Shown: positions 20,369 through 33,036, counted from the first letter of the stretch. The stretch is 59,571 nt of DNA from an uncultured delta proteobacterium (GCA_963733195.1 CAVTCR010000011.1:1-59571), one strand, 5' to 3'. Translations and numbers: made by a program. The notes: generated by a model not told the origin, from the letters alone.

Positions 20369-21466
20369 ATGGCAATCTATCAACGCGGCAAGTCCTGGTA
20401 CTACGACTTTGTTCACAAGGGGCAACGCTACACGGGCTGCTTTGGCCACGTGTCACGGACGATAGCCAAGGAAGAATTGGCCCGGAAGAAAACCGAAGTA
20501 ATCGAAGGGAAGCTCAATCCGGCCAAGGCCCGCAAGAGTCCCCGGTTTGAAGCTTTCGCAGAGGATTATCTGGAATGGAGTCAAGGCGAACAAGAAGCCT
20601 CGCTCGCACGAACGGGATATGACTTCTCTTGCTGCCTTACGTCCGTTCTTCTCAGGCAAGACGCTTGCAGATATCACCCCGTGGCTTATCGAGAAGTACA
20701 AGAAGGAACGGAAGGAGAAAGGGAAGAGTAACCAGACAGTCAATCTGGAATTGGCGTGCTTGAAGACCTTGTTCTCTAAAGCAGTGACCTGGAAGAAAGC
20801 GACAGAGAACCCGGTCAAGGAAGTGAAGATGCTACGGGTGAACAATGCTCGTGTTCGTTTCTTAGACGATGAGGAAGAGGACGAGTTGTTAGCAGAGTGT
20901 AAAGGGTATCTCCATGACATCATCGTGACCGCCTTGCATACCGGCTTTCGTCGCAACGAACTCTTGACCCTTCGTCCTGAAGATGTGGACTTTGCCCGTG
21001 GGCTGGTGAGTGTCAGAGCAGGGTACGCCAAGAATGGGGAAGGGCGGTCTGTCCCGATGTCTACCGTGCTGCATGGGATTCTTACTGACGACTGTTCAGA
21101 GAAGCAAAGGCAAGCGGCTCCCCTGTCCTCTTCCGCAATCACCAGGGAGCACCACTTCGGGCATACGCCTTACATGATTCCTTTGAGAACGCCGTCAAGC
21201 GAGCGAAGCTTGAAGACTTCCACTTCCATGACCTCAGGCACACCTTCGCCTCCCGGTTGATTATGGCCGGCGTGGATATCCGCACCGTGCAAGAACTAAT
21301 GGGACACAAGACCATTGCGATGACATTGCGCTACTCCCACCTTTCCCCGGACCATAAGCGCAAGGCGATTCAAGCACTGGAAAGCCGGTTTTCAGAAAAA
21401 AGTCCCGCGAATTTTCACAACACCCCCCATCCTGCCCCCCTTTCGGAAGTGAAAAAAGCTGTGTAA
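20369..21466 (+). CDS. Tyrosine recombinase/phage integrase (frameshifts)
   Basis: Arm domain YQRGKSWYYDF; catalytic TGFRRNEL, AKNG, FHDLRHTFAS, LMGH, TLRYSH. Confidence 0.9.
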
Positions 21467-21478
21467 AGACAGCCCTAT

Positions 21479-21574
21479 GGAGGAGGATGGGGCCCGGTGG
21501 CCCCACCGGTCTTCAAAACCGAGTTGCGTGGCGTAACGTTGCGCGGATGGTTCGACTCCATCCCTTCTCCGCCA
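21479..21574 (+). tRNA. selC: tRNA-Sec (anticodon UCA)
   Basis: 8-bp acceptor stem GGAGGAGG/CCTTCTCC, long D stem, CGGT-CTTCAAA-ACCG anticodon arm, long variable arm, GGTTCGACTCC, GCCA end; next to selA. Confidence 0.95.
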
Positions 21575-21632
21575 ATAAGATTGATCGGGGAGAGAGAACC
21601 TGATGCCTAGCATCAAAGAATTGCTCTTGCCC

Positions 21633-23025
21633 CTACGGCTTCGGAACTAACTCTTCAGCCGTAAAAATTCCGCGCAGATCAAGCAGAAACGCCCCGTCAT
21701 GAATCCGCCCAAGGATCGGCGGGTCAGAGGTGCGGAAACGAGTGGCGATTTTTTCGGCCGAAAGTTGCGGGTGACGAATAACAATCGCTCGGCTCGGTAT
21801 GTCCTCTTCTGGCAGCGTCCCACTGCCAATCTGTGCTTTTGTGTCTTCAACGGTAATCACAAATCCGTCACCGAGTCGCTGCTTGCAAGCAGCGGAACAA
21901 TCTGTGCTGCTATCGTGTCCATTTCTTCTTGCGAACGCGTGAGCCAACGGAGTGTCGGTAACGCAGCCATCAAATCGGGCGCACGACGATACAAGCGTAA
22001 CGTCGCACTCAGTGCCGCAAGCGTCAGCTTTCCGACTCGCAATGCCCGTTTGAAGTGGATTTTTTTTGATGCGGGTAATGAATTCTTTGCGTCCAACAAT
22101 AATTCCTGCTTGTGGTCCGCCTAACAATTTGTCACCACTAAATGTGACTACATCGGCTCCCATTGCTACGCGCTCGGCAACCACGAGCTCTCTAGGTAAG
22201 CCCATAGACTGAGAAGTCAATCAACGCACCTGCTCCGAGATCTTCCATCACCGGAATCTGATGTTGACGACCAAGTGCGACCAATTCTGCAAGCTCAACC
22301 GCACTGCTAAAGCCAATGATGCGATAGTTACTCGGATGTACTTTCAATAAGACCCCAGTTTGAGGGGTGAGGGCTTCGGCATAATCGGCTATCCGAGTGC
22401 GGTTCGTTGTTCCTACCTCGCGCAGCATCACGCCACTCTTGCGCATGACATCAGGAATACGAAAGGAACCGCCAATCTCGATCAGTTCACCACGCGAGAC
22501 GATTCCTTCTTTCCCTTCGGCGAGCGAGTTCAGTGCGAGAAGAACCGCAGCTGCGTTATTGTTCACGACTGTAACTGCTTCGGCTCCAGTCAGAGCGAGC
22601 AAGTCTTCTGTGACCACATCATCGCGATCCCCACGCCCTGCTTCACTCAAGTCGTACTCAAGAGTCACCGGGGAACTGCCGACACGGACTATTTCGTCAA
22701 GCGCCGCTTTCGCCAAGAGCGCACGACCTAAATTAGTGTGCAGTACCGTGCCGGTGGCATTAACGACCGACCGTAACGGCGAACGATCTTCTTGGGCAAT
22801 GGCATTCGCAACGAGACCTGCGATCTCACTTTCATGGATACCTACCGTAGAGGTCTGCGAGTGGATCTCTTGTCGCAAAGAGGCAAGCGTAGAACGGACT
22901 TTCTCGGTCACATAGGAACGGTTGTATCTCTGTAACAGGTGACTTAGAGTAGGCGCAGATAAGAGTTTTTCAACCGATGGGAGTGCACGCAATTGCGCCT
23001 GTATGGCTTCCTGGTTTCGTTCCAT
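21633..23025 (-). CDS. selA: L-seryl-tRNA(Sec) selenium transferase (frameshifts)
   Basis: NATGTVLHTNLGRA, VNNNAAA, SRGELIEIGGSFRIP, EVGTTNRT, FSGDKLLGGPQAG. Confidence 0.95.
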
Positions 23026-23104
23026 GGCGGCAGCAGCTTGGCATAGGGGTTCAGGGCTTGCAACTGCATAAGAGTGAAGGTCCTTTGCGTCCTTAGGAGG
23101 GGAT

Positions 23105-24206
23105 ATGGCGACTTCAACAGAACAATATCGAACATCCATTGAACAGCAGGAGGAGAAAATCGCTCATTTTCTTAGGACCTTTGAGGCGCTGCAAGAAAAG
23201 ATTCACTTTGTCAAAATCCGCCAGAATAAAGAAGAACTCTTCGATGCCGTTGGTGATCTGTTTCCTCCAATAAATGCCGAGTTCGAGAATCTCACGCCAC
23301 CAAGTGGCATGGAATCGTTTCATCAGCAGTGGAAGGAGGCGCTTGAGCAATTGGAAGACGCGTATACGTCGTTCCTGACCGGTTCTGAATCCAACTTCAT
23401 GACAGCATATTTTCAAAGCCGCCGTGCGTTTTCACAAGGGAAATATCAATTGTATGGAATGCGTACCCAACTCCCGACGCTGCATAAGTATTGGGTACTT
23501 CCCGAAGCGGTTGCACGTTTAGCCGACCTTAGAAACGCCGATCAGCGGTAACCAAGCTGCGACTGGGGTCATGCATCGTGCCGCTTCAGATGACCATGGC
23601 GAATACTCTCTATACGTCCCGGAAAACTATGACCCCAGCCGACGCTGGCCGATGATTATCGCCTTGCATGGCGGGCACGGACGTGGAGACGATTATCTCT
23701 TGACGTGGCTTCGACCGGCCAAAAGCAAAGGCTATGTCGTGCTTTCTCCCAAATCACTGGGAAACACGTGGTCCCTGATGCAGCCGAGTATCGACATTCG
23801 CTCTATCCTTACGATGGTCGAAGAACTGCTTGATGAGTATGCGATCGATACTGGGCGACTTTTTGCCTCTGGTCTCTCCGACGGTGGGACGTTTAGTTAC
23901 GCGATTGGGCTTCATTGCCCAAAACTTTTTGCCGGGATTGCTCCCATCGCTGCAGCCGGGGTGTTTCCTCAATGGCTTGAGTCTCCCGACGCGAAACGCT
24001 TACCGATGTACATTGTCCACGGCGGACAAGACTTCATCTTTCCCGTGCCCATGGCTCGGGCAACCCATAACCAGTTGATCGAAAACGATTTTGTCAATGT
24101 CACTTATAAAGAACTTCCCGAGTGGGGACATGCCTACACATATTCGATTAACGAAACGCTGGTCTTACCGTGGTTTGAGAGCCTGCCCTCACGACTACCG
24201 GAATAG
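23105..24206 (+). CDS. Alpha/beta hydrolase (phospholipase/esterase-like) with N-terminal helical domain; frameshift near 23540
   Basis: ALHGGHG, GLSDGG nucleophile elbow, HGGQD, WGH. Confidence 0.75.
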
Positions 24207-24365
24207 ACCAAACGGCTGATTGTCTTGTACGGTTAATTGCCAGGGTGGCAGTCCCTTTCTTCGTTGATATTTAAGACTTTGGCGTTCCTTGCTGATGAGA
24301 TATAGTAGAGACTTCTAAGGAAGTGCAGAAAGTCGCAACACGCTAACGGATAGTGGGCAATGCCT

Positions 24366-25781
24366 ATGAAACAGCTTGGTGCCATTATTCTTGCCGCCGG
24401 CTTGGGCAAGCGTATGCGTTCGACCCAGCCAAAAGTGCTCCATTCACTGGCTGGGAAGCCGCTTCTTGTCTCGTGTCATTACAGCGATCCAGCGCTTACA
24501 TCCTGATCGCTTGGTTGTCGTCGTCGGGCACAAAGCAGAGGAAGTCCAGCGCGTCTGTGGCGGCGATGGTATTGCTTTTGCCGCTGCAACGTGAACAACG
24601 AGGGACGGGAGATGCGGTACGTTCGGCGCAACCGGCACTTCACGATTTTCAGGGTAATATTCTTATCGCTTGCGGCGATACTCCGCTCCTCACAACCGCG
24701 ACGCTGGCGCAATTTATCCACGCACATCATGCGCGCAACGCGACATTATCCGTGTTGACAGTAGAACTCGAAGACCCTGGGCAATTATGGCCGAGTCATT
24801 CGGACCGCTACTGGGCAAATTGTGAAAATTGTCGAGGCTCGTGACGCGTCAGCAGAAGAACGCGCCGTGCGAGAAATCAATTCCGGTATCTATTGTGTCA
24901 AAGCATCCTTTCTCTTTTCTGCGCTGGAACGGTTACAACCAATCAATGCGCAAGGCGAGTATTACTTAACCGATATTATCGCCCAAGCCGTTGCTGCTGG
25001 ACTGCCAACCCAAGCGGTACTGACAGACAATCCCCACGAAGTTGAAGGCATTAATTCTCGAGAGGAACTAGCAGTCATGGAAAAAACCCGACAAGCCCAA
25101 CTGCGTAGTCACTGGATGTCGATGGGCGTAACACTTGAAGACCCAGACACAGTGTATTTCGACGAAGACGTGACCAGTCGGACAAGACACTGTCATCGGC
25201 CCGAACACGCACCTCAAAGGGAAGACCACGATTGGTGCTCGACTGCCGGATCGACGGAAGCGCCTATATCGAGAACTGCACAATCGGTGACGACGTGCAA
25301 CTCTATTTTTCTGTTGTATTTCGTGACAGCGAGCTGGCGAAATCACACCAGTGTCGGGCCGTTTGCACATCTGCGTGGTGGAACGATGCTCGCACCACGA
25401 GTGGAGATTGGCAATTTCGTCGAGGTCAAAAAATCTCTCATTGGTGAACACACGAAAGCCAAGCATCTGGCGTACCTCGGCGATACGGAGATGGGGCGAG
25501 ACTCGAACATCGGCGCGGGGACCATCACCTGCAACTATGACGGATTTACGAAACAGAAAACAAAGATCGGCGACCGAGTCCAGGTCGGGTCAGATACAAC
25601 GCTCGTTGCGCCAATTACGATCTCTGACGACGTGTACATTGCGACAGCGACAACCGTTCGCAAAGACGTTCCTGCTGGCGCGCTCGTCTTCAATACCCGC
25701 GAAGAACAGATGCGCGAAGGTTGGACAGCAGCGAAACGGGCAAAAGAAGCAGCGAAGAAAGCACAGTTAGTTATCAGTTAG
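24366..25781 (+). CDS. glmU: Bifunctional UDP-GlcNAc pyrophosphorylase/glucosamine-1-phosphate acetyltransferase (frameshifts)
   Basis: [55 protein letters not shown]. Confidence 0.95.
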
Positions 25782-25885
25782 TAGTTGTCAGTTAACTAGG
25801 TTATAAGTTATCAGTTGCCAATCAAATAGCAGGAGCGTTTCCCAGATTCTCCTACTGACTACTGAATGCTGACTACTGACTACTT
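25763..25885. repeat. Paired heptamer tandem arrays in inverted orientation
   Basis: (TTATCAG/TTAGTAG)n followed by (CTACTGA)n between glmU and glmS. Confidence 0.7.
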
Positions 25886-25900
25886 TACTATGAGGTTTCT

Positions 25901-27729
25901 ATGTGTGGTATCATTGGTTACATCGGTCATCGTGAAGCGGCCCCGGTCCTTCTCCAAGGATTGAAGCGACTTGAGTATCGTGGGTACGACTCTGCTGGTG
26001 TTGCAGTCTTTAATCGGAAAAATCGAAGTGCGCCGTTCGGTTGGTAAGCTGACTAATCTTGATCAATTATTACGCGAGAGTCCTGTTCACGGTGTCATCG
26101 GTATGGGCCATACGCGATGGGCCACACATGGTCGCCCGTCGGAGGCAAATGCGCATCCGCATCGCGCTGGGAAGATCGTCGTTATTCATAACGGTATCAT
26201 CGAGAACTATTTAGAGTTACGCCACGAACTGACGGCAAAAGGGCGGATCTTCAATTCCGAAACCGATACCGAAGTTATTTCCCATCTGATCGACGAGTAT
26301 ATCACAGAAGGGCTCACGTTTACGCACGCCACTCGTGCGGCTCTACAACGGCTTGAAGGTGCATTTTCTATCGTCACGCTATGTGAAGATGAACCTGGCA
26401 AAATCCTTGCCGCAAAGAATGCCACTCCCATCGTCATCGGTCTCGGGGAGGGAGAGAACTTCGTCGCCTCTGACGTTCCTGCCTGTCCTCGATTACACGC
26501 GCAAAGTGGCGTTTCTCGATGACGGTGAAATGGCGGAAATCACGCGCGATAGTGTCGACATTACCGATTTCCATGGTCGTCCGATCGAGCGCGCACCACG
26601 CCAGATCACCTGGGATACACTGACTGCGCAAAAAGGTGGGTACAAACATTTCCTGCTTAAAGAGATTCATGAACAGCCACAGGCGATTATCGATACCATG
26701 CGTGGTCGGTTGCTCGTGAATGACGGAGAAGTCTCTCTTGGTGAGTTAGAAGAACATACTGCGCTGCTCGACTCGGTCAAGCGTATTATGCTCGTGGCGT
26801 GTGGTACCGCGTGGCATGCGTGTCTGGTTGGAAAGTTTTTCCTGGAAGAACTGGCACGTATTCCGGCAGAGGTCGATTACGGAAGTGAGTTTCGTTATCG
26901 CCGCTCGCCGCTGGATGCAGGAACGTTAGTCCTCGCCGTATCCCAGTCAGGTGAGACAGCCGATACCCTTGCTGCACTTGAGGGCGGGAGAGCCTGCGGA
27001 GCAAAGACACTGGCGATTTGTAACGTTGTTGATGCGTCGATTCCGCGCAAGGCTGATATGACGATTTACACACATGCTGGGCCTGAGATCAGTGTTGCCT
27101 CAACCAAAGCATTCACTACCCAGGTCACTGCGCTGTATTTGCTTGCGATCTATTTAGGACGTCGGCGCGGAGTGCTCGATCAGCAAACCAGCAGCAAATT
27201 GATCGAAGACCTTGTTAACCTTCCGCATCAAGTGCAAGAAGTACTGAAGAGAGAGAAACAGATAGAGAAAATCGCTAAAAAATACGGGCAAGCTAAAGAT
27301 TTTCTCTTTCTTGGTCGTGGCGTGAATTATCCTATCGCCCTCGAAGGGGCACTCAAGCTGAAAGAAATCTCCTACATTCATGCCGAGGGGTATCCGGCTG
27401 GAGAGATGAAGCACGGTCCTATCGCACTCATCGATGAAGAGATGCCAGTGGTTGTCCTGCTGCCGAAAGATCCAGTCTATGCCAAGACTCTGAGTAATAT
27501 GAAGGAAGTTGAGGCCCGTAGTGGACGCATTATCGCCATCACCGATACCCCTTCGCCGGAGTTAGAAGAAATCGCTTGGGAAATCATCCAGACTCCGAGC
27601 ACGAACCATTTGTTAATGCCGATTCTCCTCACGATCCCACAGCAACTCTTGGCCTACCACATTGCGGTTTATCGTGGCACTGATGTCGATCAACCCCGGA
27701 ACCTCGCGAAGAGCGTGACCGTGGAATAA
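25901..27729 (+). CDS. glmS: Glutamine--fructose-6-phosphate transaminase (frameshifts)
   Basis: MCGIIGY start, [25 protein letters not shown]-terminal [11 protein letters not shown]. Confidence 0.95.
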
Positions 27730-27739
27730 CGTCGGAGAG

Positions 27740-28144
27740 ATGCTTCCTTATCTGCAACAGTTACTGAATGACCTCGCTCTGAACTCCAGTCACTTATTCT
27801 GCACCGTCGGTCGTGATACGGCTATCAGTGAGTTGTTCCTTGACGGTTCACCGCGGCGCGTCGATTTTGCCGATTCGTGGGCGACGGTCGAGTTCACCAG
27901 CTGGCACATACATGTTGATCTGAGCACAGTCAGGACCATACGTTTCGCAGAGGCACAGAGTCACGGTGATTCGACTAGTCTTTTTATTTCGTTCGACGAT
28001 ACCGAGGGTGAGGCAGTGATGCGATTCTATTTTCCGCATGCCAGCCATACGCACCGAAAGTATACTGCGGAAGAGTTGGAGCTGTTTGGCAGATTCAAGG
28101 AGCGGTATGAAGGGATCAGGGGTCAGGTGCCAGGGCCCGGATAG
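27740..28144 (+). CDS. Hypothetical protein, possibly ChuX/HutX-like split barrel
   Basis: WATVEFTSWHIHVDL...SLFISFDD.EGEAVMRFYF pattern; GGAG RBS. Confidence 0.5.
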   Translation: MLPYLQQLLNDLALNSSHLFCTVGRDTAISELFLDGSPRRVDFADSWATVEFTSWHIHVDLSTVRTIRFAEAQSHGDSTSLFISFDDTEGEAVMRFYFPHASHTHRKYTAEELELFGRFKERYEGIRGQVPGPG

Positions 28145-28297
28145 AAAGAAATCCCCTGAACAAATTCTTCAGAAGCCCACGAGGTGTCTATCCGAATAAC
28201 TATAACCGTCGAGTGCTATCATTGCTAAGCGAAGCCATGTTGCCGACCTTTATTCAGATAGGCTCTAAACCGACCCCCGACTCCTAATCCCTGACAC

Positions 28298-29741
28298 CTA
28301 CTTAATTCCTGCCAACTCCCGTGCATACGCGGCGGCAGAGTTGAAGTCATACTCGCGGTAGGTTTGTAGCTTCTCGGCTTCGAGTGAACCTTCGGCATGT
28401 ACGGCCAGCACTTCTTGATACCCGCCAAAGTCCCCTGCCGTAAGGTCAGAAATCAGATTCAGCATCCGCAAGCGATGCTCAGTCGGAACCCCTTTTTTTC
28501 CACCCAGGTATTTCTTCACATATGGGCCAGTGGCTTCGCTGCGCCAATCCTCCACACTTGGGCCAGTCACGAGCAACCCACCAGCGATATCTTGCACCAT
28601 TTGCACGGCACCGTGATAGTTCGAGGCAAATTGATACTTGGCGACGTTGGTTAACAGTACATTCGGAACCGCAATGCCCGGCGGCACGACAGCATGCTGA
28701 TGGGCGGCTGCGATAATGAGCCCTTGCACGGTCGCGTGATACGCCGCAAGTTCAGTCATCTTCTCACGAATATGGCCCGCACCATCCACGCCATTATACT
28801 CGGCAATCGCTCGCGCCGAGCCGGCAAACAATTCCAGTAACGGAAGTTTGTACGACACTGCCGTAAAGCGATGGAATTTAACAAAGGTCAGAGCCAAGAA
28901 GCCCGCAGCTTCGGTCTCACCACACATGAAGACGCGTTCCCACGGAACAAACACGTCATCAAACACCGTGAGCGTTTCCATCATTTTGTGACTCGCGCTG
29001 ATCGGAAACTCGAACGGATCTTTCTTGAAACCGCCGTACGAACTGGCGAGTAGCTTCAGACCTTTGGTTGCGGCTGGTAAGGCAAAAGCAACAGCGTAGG
29101 CTTTGTCTTCTGCTTTCATCGCCCGCGTTGGCAGCACGATCACCTCATCGGTATTGGTCAACACTGAAGTATGCACCTTCGCGCCGCGCACGACGATCCC
29201 ATCTTTGCGTTCTTCAACAATACGGAGGTAGTAGTCAGGGTGCTCTTGCCCTTGCGGCCCAAGGCTGCGGTCACCTTTGACATCGCTTTGCGCAACAGCG
29301 ACGCCATAATCACGATCACGACACATTTTGTAATACTTCTCGACTCGTTCTTTGTATTCAGGCTTGCCGCGCTTCGCCATTTCCTCGGCAACAATATGAA
29401 GCGCGAACAGTGCGTCAGTTCCGATTTCTTTGATCAATACAACCAGTGTCGCCCCTTCACGAGTGCTCGCAGCAATCAGTTGGCTGCGCTTGAGCAGATC
29501 CTCAGCATTGCGCGGGAGGTGAAAATAGCGGGAATATGGTTCTTTGGTTTGGGGATCAATGACAGATCGCTAGATCACGATAGCGTGGGTCTTCGGCCAT
29601 CCGATAGTCAATGCATGCATGTTCCACGCCGATCCCGATGATCGGATGGGTCGTGACATCCTTCACTAATTCGCCACGATAATACACTTCACGACCATCT
29701 TTGAGACTTGCCTTGTACTGTTCTGGTGTGCGCAGACCCAT
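28298..29741 (-). CDS. HpaB/4-hydroxybutyryl-CoA-dehydratase superfamily flavoprotein (frameshift near 29556)
   Basis: QYKASLKDGREVYYRGE, AQSDVKGDRS, GIVVRGAKVH, FDDVFVPWERVF, HAEGS. Confidence 0.85.
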
Positions 29742-29969
29742 AACTCAACTCCTCATGAAAAAGTGGGGAGAGTATACTCGCCCAGCCGCGGGTGTGTCCA
29801 CGGCCTCCACTTTGAGTTGAAAGTGCGGAGGACTGAGTCAGTAGCTCCGAGCTGTGAGGGTCGAGGAACGGGAGCAGAGCAGGGCTTGCGGCTGTCCCTT
29901 CTCGAATCTCGAAGCTCGAACCTCGGGGTTACTGCCTCTCAGTCCTCATTGCTCAGTCCTGCTTGTCCT

Positions 29970-31746
29970 CTAAATCACAACTTCCAACTGCACGATAAGA
30001 TTATCCCGATCCCGCAGGAAGCCGATACCGTTAAATTGTCCATCCAGGTAGTTATACTGCACCGTCAGCCGAAACGGATCACGGACAAAGGTGACGCCAG
30101 GCTGGACCAGCCACGACCCTTGCCAATCATAGAGAAAGACTAATGCCGGTGAGATAACACCCGAACGGTACGAAGTAGACACTGAAAGCGTATTGATAAT
30201 CTGATACGGATCAAGGTTGACAAACGCTTGATTGTTGCGATGTGGGTCACGCACAGGCACTGAGAAATGCGCAAAGCCGAAATTCGGTGCAACTTTGGTG
30301 AGCGATTTACCATTGAACGAAAGAATATGCGCCCCAAACACCTGACCGCTAATGATAAACGACTGAGAAGGATTGAGGAAACGAATATAGCGGTTGATGT
30401 CCATGCCGAGCGACCAGCGAATCACGTCTGAGCGATCAATATTGCTCTTATAGCGCAAAAGCGGCTGGCCACTCGCCGGATCAACGCCGACCTGGCGATA
30501 ACCTGGAGTAACATTTCCTGTCAACGCCGGCCCAAGTATCTGGTTTGGTGCTGAATTGAGAAAGAAGGGCTCGGCGTAGAAGTAGGCAAACTCACTACGG
30601 ACAACTGCCGAGAGTTTTGGCACACTGAAGCTGACCGTCGCCCCACTAATTTGCATCTTCGGGAACCATTGGTTCGCGTGAAAATGATCAACCAGGTAAC
30701 GGTTAGTCTGACCAGAGTTCACTGCTGCCTCAAATTCACCGAGATTAATCGGATCTGCTGTCGCACGCGTTTCGCCTTTGGTCAGCGGTGCGGTTGTCGG
30801 GGTAACAACACGCAATGTCGGCGAATCCAGATAGGTGTAGTAATGTGCAATACTAAAAGTGAAGTCGCCAAGAACGCCGATGATCCGACCACCGCCACGA
30901 GCATCAGTGAAATTGCGAGCCGGCTTTTTTACAAAACCACGAATTCCAGGTGGATTGGGTGTCGCCCACGGAGACCCCGCAGGCACTGCCTCAGCCACCT
31001 CGTCGTCCAGGGCAACGTATCCTTCTAAATCAATTTCCGAAAACGGCCCTTGGCTTCCTAAACCATAGACCACACGCAACATATCGAGCGGGACACGTCG
31101 TTCGTCAAGCGCAACCAAAAACCCACCAAAACTATGAATCCAGCGGGTTGATCTGGTCAATCAAACGAAAGACATCGGTTTCCCCCCACGAGAGATTCTG
31201 ACGACCAACACGGATAAAGAACGGTCCTTTGGTGTAATCGATATAGGCCTCAAACAAGCGGTGACGATGGCGCAGGCGTTGGCGCGTATCGAGTCGGTCC
31301 CCCGCCGCGGTCCGCACGTGGCGTTCACTAAATACGTCTGGCCCGTAGTCCCATACACCATCGTACTCACCACGATAAGTGACAAAATAATCCATGTCAT
31401 CCGGATCAAGCAGACGGAGCGGGATAAGCCCGTACTGAAGTGGTGCAAGCAGGCCAGTATAACGTCCAGCAATCAACTCGGTCAGGTTATGCCGCAACTC
31501 CATCTGCACGAAGGTGCGGTTTTGTAGCATGTTCCAGCTATTGTAGGGCGTCCGCAAACGGGTATTGTCTGCAGCATCCTCTGTCGCATATGAAATTCGA
31601 TTATAGACGCGACCATTGAACCGTAGAGTCTCTTCTTTATCTAAGAAAATTGCAGAGGCGTGACTACACAATACGCTCACTGTGAGGCCGACGCTCAGAC
31701 CAACATGCTGCCACCAGCGCTGCCCTCGCCGTGGGTGCCCGTGCAT
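29970..31746 (-). CDS. DUF1302-like outer-membrane protein (frameshift near 31140)
   Basis: Signal peptide; RVGRQNLSWGETD.FRLIDQINPLD; C-terminal LRDRDNLIVQLEVVI beta strand. Confidence 0.7.
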
Positions 31747-31924
31747 GTGTCCTCCTTTTTGTTTAGATGTCGCCGTTTCCTGCACACAAAGTGTCAGGAA
31801 CTAGGGGAGGCTATAGGAGACCTTGAGGTGAGTAAAGGGGAAATGGCAAATACGACAGGCCATCTTCTATGATGCAATTTCCCTAAATAAGGATAAATCC
31901 AGCAAGCGATTTCTTGACGGCCCC

Positions 31925-32344
31925 TTAGTGATGCTCTGCCGGCTCGCCATGAGGTTTGCCGTGTCCCGTTGCAGGCACACTCGGATCTTTCACGTCAGCT
32001 GGTAACGGCGCCCACCCTTGCGGGCCATAGACACTTTTTTGTTGGTCCAAATGTTTTCGTGTTTCTGTATCACTAACAGTGAAAGCGATTAAAATCGAGA
32101 GAAACGCAAATCCTGTCACGGCAAAGATTTTGGTCAGACGGCTCCCGTACTTCACATGCATGAAGAAAAGCACGACCAGGACGGTCTTTACACCAGCAAT
32201 GCCGAGGGCAATGACATTATTCAAAACGCCGAAGTCTTGAAAGGCAACCCATACGGTTACTCCGGTAAAAATGAAGAGCGCCCCAAGAATGAGGCCATAG
32301 AGCCTGGGCGTCGGATGGGCGTGAGCGTCGTGCGTGTGTTCCAT
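31925..32344 (-). CDS. coxD: Cytochrome c oxidase subunit IV
   Basis: ALGIAGVKTVLVVLFFMHVKY; operon position. Confidence 0.85.
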   Translation of the reverse strand: MEHTHDAHAHPTPRLYGLILGALFIFTGVTVWVAFQDFGVLNNVIALGIAGVKTVLVVLFFMHVKYGSRLTKIFAVTGFAFLSILIAFTVSDTETRKHLDQQKSVYGPQGWAPLPADVKDPSVPATGHGKPHGEPAEHH

Positions 32345-32349
32345 AGGTG

Positions 32350-33036
32350 TCATCCAACGTGCGCGTGACGACCGATGAGATATAAGAGCGGGAACAGGAA
32401 GATCCACACGATATCAACGAAATGCCAGTACAGCCCAAACATTTCGATCGGCGCATAGTAATCCTTATGAAAGCGTCCACGCCACGCCATGAAAATCAAA
32501 GGGATAAGAACAGCTGCGCCAATAATCATATGCAGCGCATGCATGCCAGTCATGACAAAGTAAAAACTGTAGAAGATCTCGACCTGCTTGGGGTCACCAA
32601 TCGCTTCATGCCACTGGAAGCCAAGGCCGGGGATGTGATGATGATGATACTTCTCGCTGTACTCGATTACTTTCACGCCGAGAAAAACAAACCCGAGGAA
32701 CAGAGTTAAGAGCAGGTAGGTAATGAGCGATCCCTTTTTACTATTCTGTGCCGACCAGACTGCCATTGCCATAGTGAAGCTACTGGCAATCAGGACCGCC
32801 GTATTGAACCCGCCAAGCTTGATGTCGAGTATATAGCTCCCGGCAATAAAGGAGTCCGGGTAATAGGATCGATACACGGTATACCCAGTGAACAATCCGC
32901 CGAAGAAAAGAATTTCCTGGACCAGAAACGCCCACATGCCGAGCGAGACCGCCTCGGTCTGTTGCGCCCGATCGTCGAATTGATGGGCAACAAAGGGATC
33001 GTGATGCGCCGCGCTAATGTGTGCTTGCTCGGACAA
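32350..33036 (-). CDS. coxC: Cytochrome c oxidase subunit III
   Basis: GMWAFLVQEILFFGGLF, TGMHALH, GLYWHFVDIVWIFLFPLLY. Confidence 0.95.
   Translation of the reverse strand: MSEQAHISAAHHDPFVAHQFDDRAQQTEAVSLGMWAFLVQEILFFGGLFTGYTVYRSYYPDSFIAGSYILDIKLGGFNTAVLIASSFTMAMAVWSAQNSKKGSLITYLLLTLFLGFVFLGVKVIEYSEKYHHHHIPGLGFQWHEAIGDPKQVEIFYSFYFVMTGMHALHMIIGAAVLIPLIFMAWRGRFHKDYYAPIEMFGLYWHFVDIVWIFLFPLLYLIGRHAHVG

Larger units (their letters stand above)
18507..21478 (+). mobile_element. Degraded integrative element adjoining tRNA-Sec (left boundary uncertain)
   Basis: ArdC-like, XRE, SWIM, RHH and tyrosine integrase genes end 12 bp before tRNA-Sec. Confidence 0.65.

Noticed and set aside
25781-25900. 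Possible glmS ribozyme upstream of glmS
   Set aside because: The gap is short and filled with heptamer repeats; no ribozyme core recognised.
27729-28300. Possible Tn7 insertion at attTn7 downstream of glmS
   Set aside because: No Tn7 end or tns genes seen; an ordinary gene starts 10 bp after glmS.
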